From Alphaproteobacteria bacterium (GTDB lineage: Bacteria > Pseudomonadota > Alphaproteobacteria > UBA828): a stretch of DNA of 64,000 bases. The notes beneath the pieces were generated by a model. The model saw nothing but the letters and a program-made list of their open reading frames with translations, was not told where the DNA came from and ran no database searches. Made by a program: the position numbers and the translations under genes. Of the stretch, positions 60,855 through 64,000 are shown piece after piece (the first letter of the stretch is position 1; every line of letters begins with the position of its first letter). The DNA lies in the NCBI GenBank assembly GCA_965214705.1, contig CBDCCI010000002.1:352001-416000 (forward strand), read 5' to 3'.

Positions 60855-62179
60855 CACTAGTGTCCCAAGAAAATTGGCGCGACCCTTGTTAAGTCATTGG
60901 CAAGGCGCGATTAATTGGCATTTCGCGTTGTTACCGACTTGAAGTGGCCGGCGCGAGTGCCGAGGCTGGATGCTCCGATCCAGAGGGAGCCCGGTCATGT
61001 CCACGGGACAACTTGTTTTCTCGCAGCTGATGGACCATCTGCCCCTGCATTCGTTCCGCAAATGCGTCGAACAGTACGATGGCAATCGGTACGTAAAATC
61101 GTTCTCATGCCTGAGCCAGTTTTTCTGCATGGCCTTCGCACAGTTGTCCTATCGGGAAAGTCTGCGCGACATCGAGATTTGTCTGCGCGCCCAGAACAAC
61201 AAGCTTTATCACATGGGCATTCGGGGCACGGTCTCGCGCAACACTTTGGCGAACGCCAACGCGCAACGCGACTGGCGCATCTATGCCGAGTACGCCCAGG
61301 AACTGATCGCCATCGCACGCCCGCTCCATGCCGGCGAGGACCTCGGTCTTCAACTCGACAATACTGTGTACGCTCTCGACGCGTCGACCATCGATCTGTG
61401 CCTGTCGGTCTTCCCCTGGGCTCTGTTCCGCTCGACCAAGTCGGCCGTCAAGCTTCACACTCTCCTTGATCTACAAGGCAGCATCCCGGCCTTCATTCAC
61501 ATCTCCGACGGCAAGCTCGGCGATGTGAATGTTCTGGACATGATCATTCCGGAGCCCGGCACCTTCTACATCATGGATCGCGCCTACCTCGACTTCAAGC
61601 GCCTCGACACCCTGGACATGGCGGGAAGCTTCTTCATCATCCGCGCAAAGGCCAACACGCAATACCGGCGCCAATACTCCCGTACCATCGACAAAGATGC
61701 CGGACTGCGTTGCGATCAGACCATCGTCTTGACCGGCAAAATGAGCAAAATACGCTACCCGAAGCCGCTCCGTAGAGTCGGCTACAAGGATCCGGAAACC
61801 AACAAGACCTTCAACTTCATGACCAACAACTTCGCTGTTCCGCCCCTCACCGTCGCAGAGTTGTACCGCTATCGCTGGCAGGTCGAACTCTTCTTCAAAT
61901 GGATCAAGCAAAACCTTCGCATCAAGGCATTCTTCGGCACCTCCGAAAATGCCGTAAAGACACAAATCTGGATCGCTGTCTCCGTCTACGTCCTGGTCGC
62001 CATCATCAAGAAGAGGCTGAGACTCGACGCCAGCCTCTACACAATTCTCCAGACCCTGAGCCTCACCCTGTTCGAAAAAATCCCGCTAAATGCGCTACTT
62101 ACGCATGAGGCACTCCCGGTGGGCCAGAGCCAAGAAGATAAGCAACTGATTCTATTGTAGTTTTAATGGGACACTAGTG
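60855..62179 (+). mobile_element. IS4-family insertion sequence, complete
   Basis: TIRs CACTAGTGTCCCA / TGGGACACTAGTG; 9-bp TSD ATGACATAG. Confidence 0.92.
60970..62160 (+). CDS. IS4 transposase (DUF4372-type N-terminus)
   Basis: ESLRDIE, DASTI, VKLH, DRAY, YRYRWQVELFFKWIKQ. Confidence 0.92.
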   Translation: MLRSRGSPVMSTGQLVFSQLMDHLPLHSFRKCVEQYDGNRYVKSFSCLSQFFCMAFAQLSYRESLRDIEICLRAQNNKLYHMGIRGTVSRNTLANANAQRDWRIYAEYAQELIAIARPLHAGEDLGLQLDNTVYALDASTIDLCLSVFPWALFRSTKSAVKLHTLLDLQGSIPAFIHISDGKLGDVNVLDMIIPEPGTFYIMDRAYLDFKRLDTLDMAGSFFIIRAKANTQYRRQYSRTIDKDAGLRCDQTIVLTGKMSKIRYPKPLRRVGYKDPETNKTFNFMTNNFAVPPLTVAELYRYRWQVELFFKWIKQNLRIKAFFGTSENAVKTQIWIAVSVYVLVAIIKKRLRLDASLYTILQTLSLTLFEKIPLNALLTHEALPVGQSQEDKQLILL

Positions 62180-62300
62180 ATGACATAGACGTACTTGTCG
62201 ATCGCGCAACTCACGATTCGGCTGCCATGGTCGTTGTAGTACTCCGGTAGATCGGTGCCGCCGCCGGCGAAGCTGATCCGAAGCGGCGTTTCGGTGACAA

Positions 62301-63002
62301 TCATGCGCTCGCTCTCGCCGCCCATTCGCGCTCGGCGGCCAAATAGGCCTCGGGGCTGCTCCCGACGTCCCGCAAATACGCATCGATAACAAAGCCCTGC
62401 ATCTTGCCGACAAGCCGAGGCAGAAGATCGTATCCGATATCCGCTGGCGGTTTCGCAATGAATTCAATAACCGAGGGCGCGAAGGCGTAGATACCGGCAT
62501 TGGCAAGATCGCTTTTCGGTGCCTTGGGCTTCTCCTCGAAGGAGGCGACGATGCCGTCCGCGTCGAGTTCGACGATGCCTTTGGCGCGAGATTCGTCGGT
62601 ATGTATCAAGGCGAGGGTTGCAAGTCCGCCCCAGGATCGATGGCGTTCGACAAGTACGGAGAGATCGAAGTCGGTCAGGTTGTCCACATAGCACGCAAGA
62701 AAGAATTCCTCGCTGGCGACGAAGTCCCGATTTGCAGCCAGTGTTCCAGCACTGCCGAGCAGAGCGGGCTCGTAGCTCAGCCGAACCGCCGGCGGCCGAC
62801 GTCGGCGCGCCACATGCGCCTCGACCTGATCGGCGAGGTGGTGAAGGTTGACGAGAACATCGCTGACTCCGGCACGGAGCATTGCATCGAGCCAAATGTC
62901 GACCATCGCGATGCCGCCGATCGTCAGGAGACACTTGGGGGTTTGGTCGGTCAGCGGACGCATCCTGGTGCCGAGCCCCGCCGCCAGAAGAAATGCCTTC
63001 AT
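62301..63002 (-). CDS. hddC: Heptose-1-phosphate guanylyltransferase-like nucleotidyltransferase
   Basis: LAAGLGTRMRPLT...PK, LGSAG, F.EKP, NAGIY; next to hddA. Confidence 0.75.
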   Translation of the reverse strand: MKAFLLAAGLGTRMRPLTDQTPKCLLTIGGIAMVDIWLDAMLRAGVSDVLVNLHHLADQVEAHVARRRRPPAVRLSYEPALLGSAGTLAANRDFVASEEFFLACYVDNLTDFDLSVLVERHRSWGGLATLALIHTDESRAKGIVELDADGIVASFEEKPKAPKSDLANAGIYAFAPSVIEFIAKPPADIGYDLLPRLVGKMQGFVIDAYLRDVGSSPEAYLAAEREWAARASA

Positions 63003-63400
63003 GACCTAACCCTCTTGCGCAGGAAATATTGGTAGAGAATCTCACGCAACTTCTCGGCAGCGGAAAAGCCGAGCGGTGCACGGAATGCGAATGCGGTGAT
63101 CGCCGGCACGCTGCCCACGTACGCCAGCCGCCGGGCATTGAGCCTCAATATCGCGACCTCGGCCAGGAACCAGTCTCTCCCCCCGCGGCGCGCGGCCAAG
63201 GACCGGGCATCGGCTCTCAGCAGAGGCGCCCGGGAACCGAAAATACGCTTGCCGTGGATCAGCATCTTGATCCACAAGCAATAATCCTCCATCTCCGCCA
63301 TTCTCGTCGGATAGCCGCCGACAGCCAGAACGTCGTCAATTCGGAACGCGCAGCAATTGCCGTTTACAGGGTTGCGGAAAAAACTGTAGAGATTCCAGGG
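62999..63400 (-). pseudogene. C-terminal fragment of a GT2 glycosyltransferase
   Basis: RNPVN, VLAVGGY, EDYCLW, RRGG; the N-terminus is replaced by unrelated sequence. Confidence 0.65.
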
Positions 63401-63660
63401 TCCAATAGTCCCGCTAGGCACGCGCTTGAGCAACTCCAATCCGTCCTCCTGACTTCGACGGTTGAGCCGAGTTTTCGCTGGAATCCCGGTTCGGGATTCC
63501 AGTAAAGACAATGGCTTAGAAGTTGCGGTGCGGTCAAGCCGCAGGGCGGATTTGTACTTCGGCTTTTGGCTAGGCCCTCCAGCGAGTTGCCTGACATAGT
63601 GGACTTGTTCCCTGTGTCCTGATATGAGTGCCGCGAGGCAGCCGTGGGGACGGGCAGGCG

Positions 63661-64000
63661 GTGGCGGTTCTATCGGAAGTGGCGGTCGACATCGTTGGGG
63701 CGGAGGACGAGGCCCGCTTCCGCGACGTGATGCAGACACACCACTACCTCGGCGCGGTGCCGGGGATGGGCGAGACCGTGCGCTATGTCGCGCACCATCG
63801 GGGGCGATGGCTGGCGTTGGCGGTCTTCTCGGCAGCGGCGCTGAAGTGCGGTGCGCGCGATCGCTGGATTGGCTGGGACCGCGGCCTTCAGTTCGGTCGT
63901 CTTCACCTGGTCACCAACAACTCGCGCTTCCTGATCCTGCCCGGCGGTCCGCGCAATCTCGGCTCGCGGGTGCTGTCTTTGTGCACGCGCCGTCTGGTGA
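63661..64000 (+). mobile_element. Start of a DUF4338-domain transposase (runs off window end)
   Basis: Manual translation HHYLG..PGMGETVRYVA, ARDRWIGW, NNSRFLILP, NLGSRVL. Confidence 0.75.

Larger units (their letters stand above)
59987..62304 (-). pseudogene. hddA: D-glycero-alpha-D-manno-heptose-7-phosphate kinase (GHMP) split by IS4
   Basis: MIVTETPLRISFAGGGTD.. (from 62304) rejoins VKRRYDD; GSGLGSSS, GRQD, GAGGGGF. Confidence 0.88.

Overview
High-GC window, probably alphaproteobacterial (inference), from a conjugative element in decay. Positions 1-17.3 kb hold an intact minus-strand operon joining a type IVb (R64 Pil-like) pilus cluster (pilN-O-adhesin-x-P-Q-R-S-V-V-x-prepilin peptidase/TcpQ fusion) to type IVB secretion genes (dotD/traH, dotC/traI, dotB/traJ, icmT/traK). 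It sits behind a phage-like divergent switch: a CI-like S24 repressor opposite a triple-HTH protein. The rest is IS-riddled: a complete group II intron and a 5' fragment of another, a MOB_F relaxase split into two oppositely oriented halves, an IS21 element carrying a primase-like gene, potABCD, an MFS transporter, nnrS, tandem tyrosine integrases, a MITE beside a lone type I-C CRISPR-like repeat, and a GDP-heptose/glycosyltransferase locus broken by IS insertions. The most unusual signal is a family of 18-bp palindromic units, motif A (ACAGGGGAACTCCCTGGT) and the related motif B (CCACCCG[AC]AGGGGTGCGN). About 30 copies, counted by eye, sit in frame inside about 10 genes of the pilus/T4BSS operon. 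Motif A occurs in both orientations and at least five of six reading frames, and neither motif was seen elsewhere in the window. This suggests a DNA-level code overlaid on protein-coding genes; its function is unknown.
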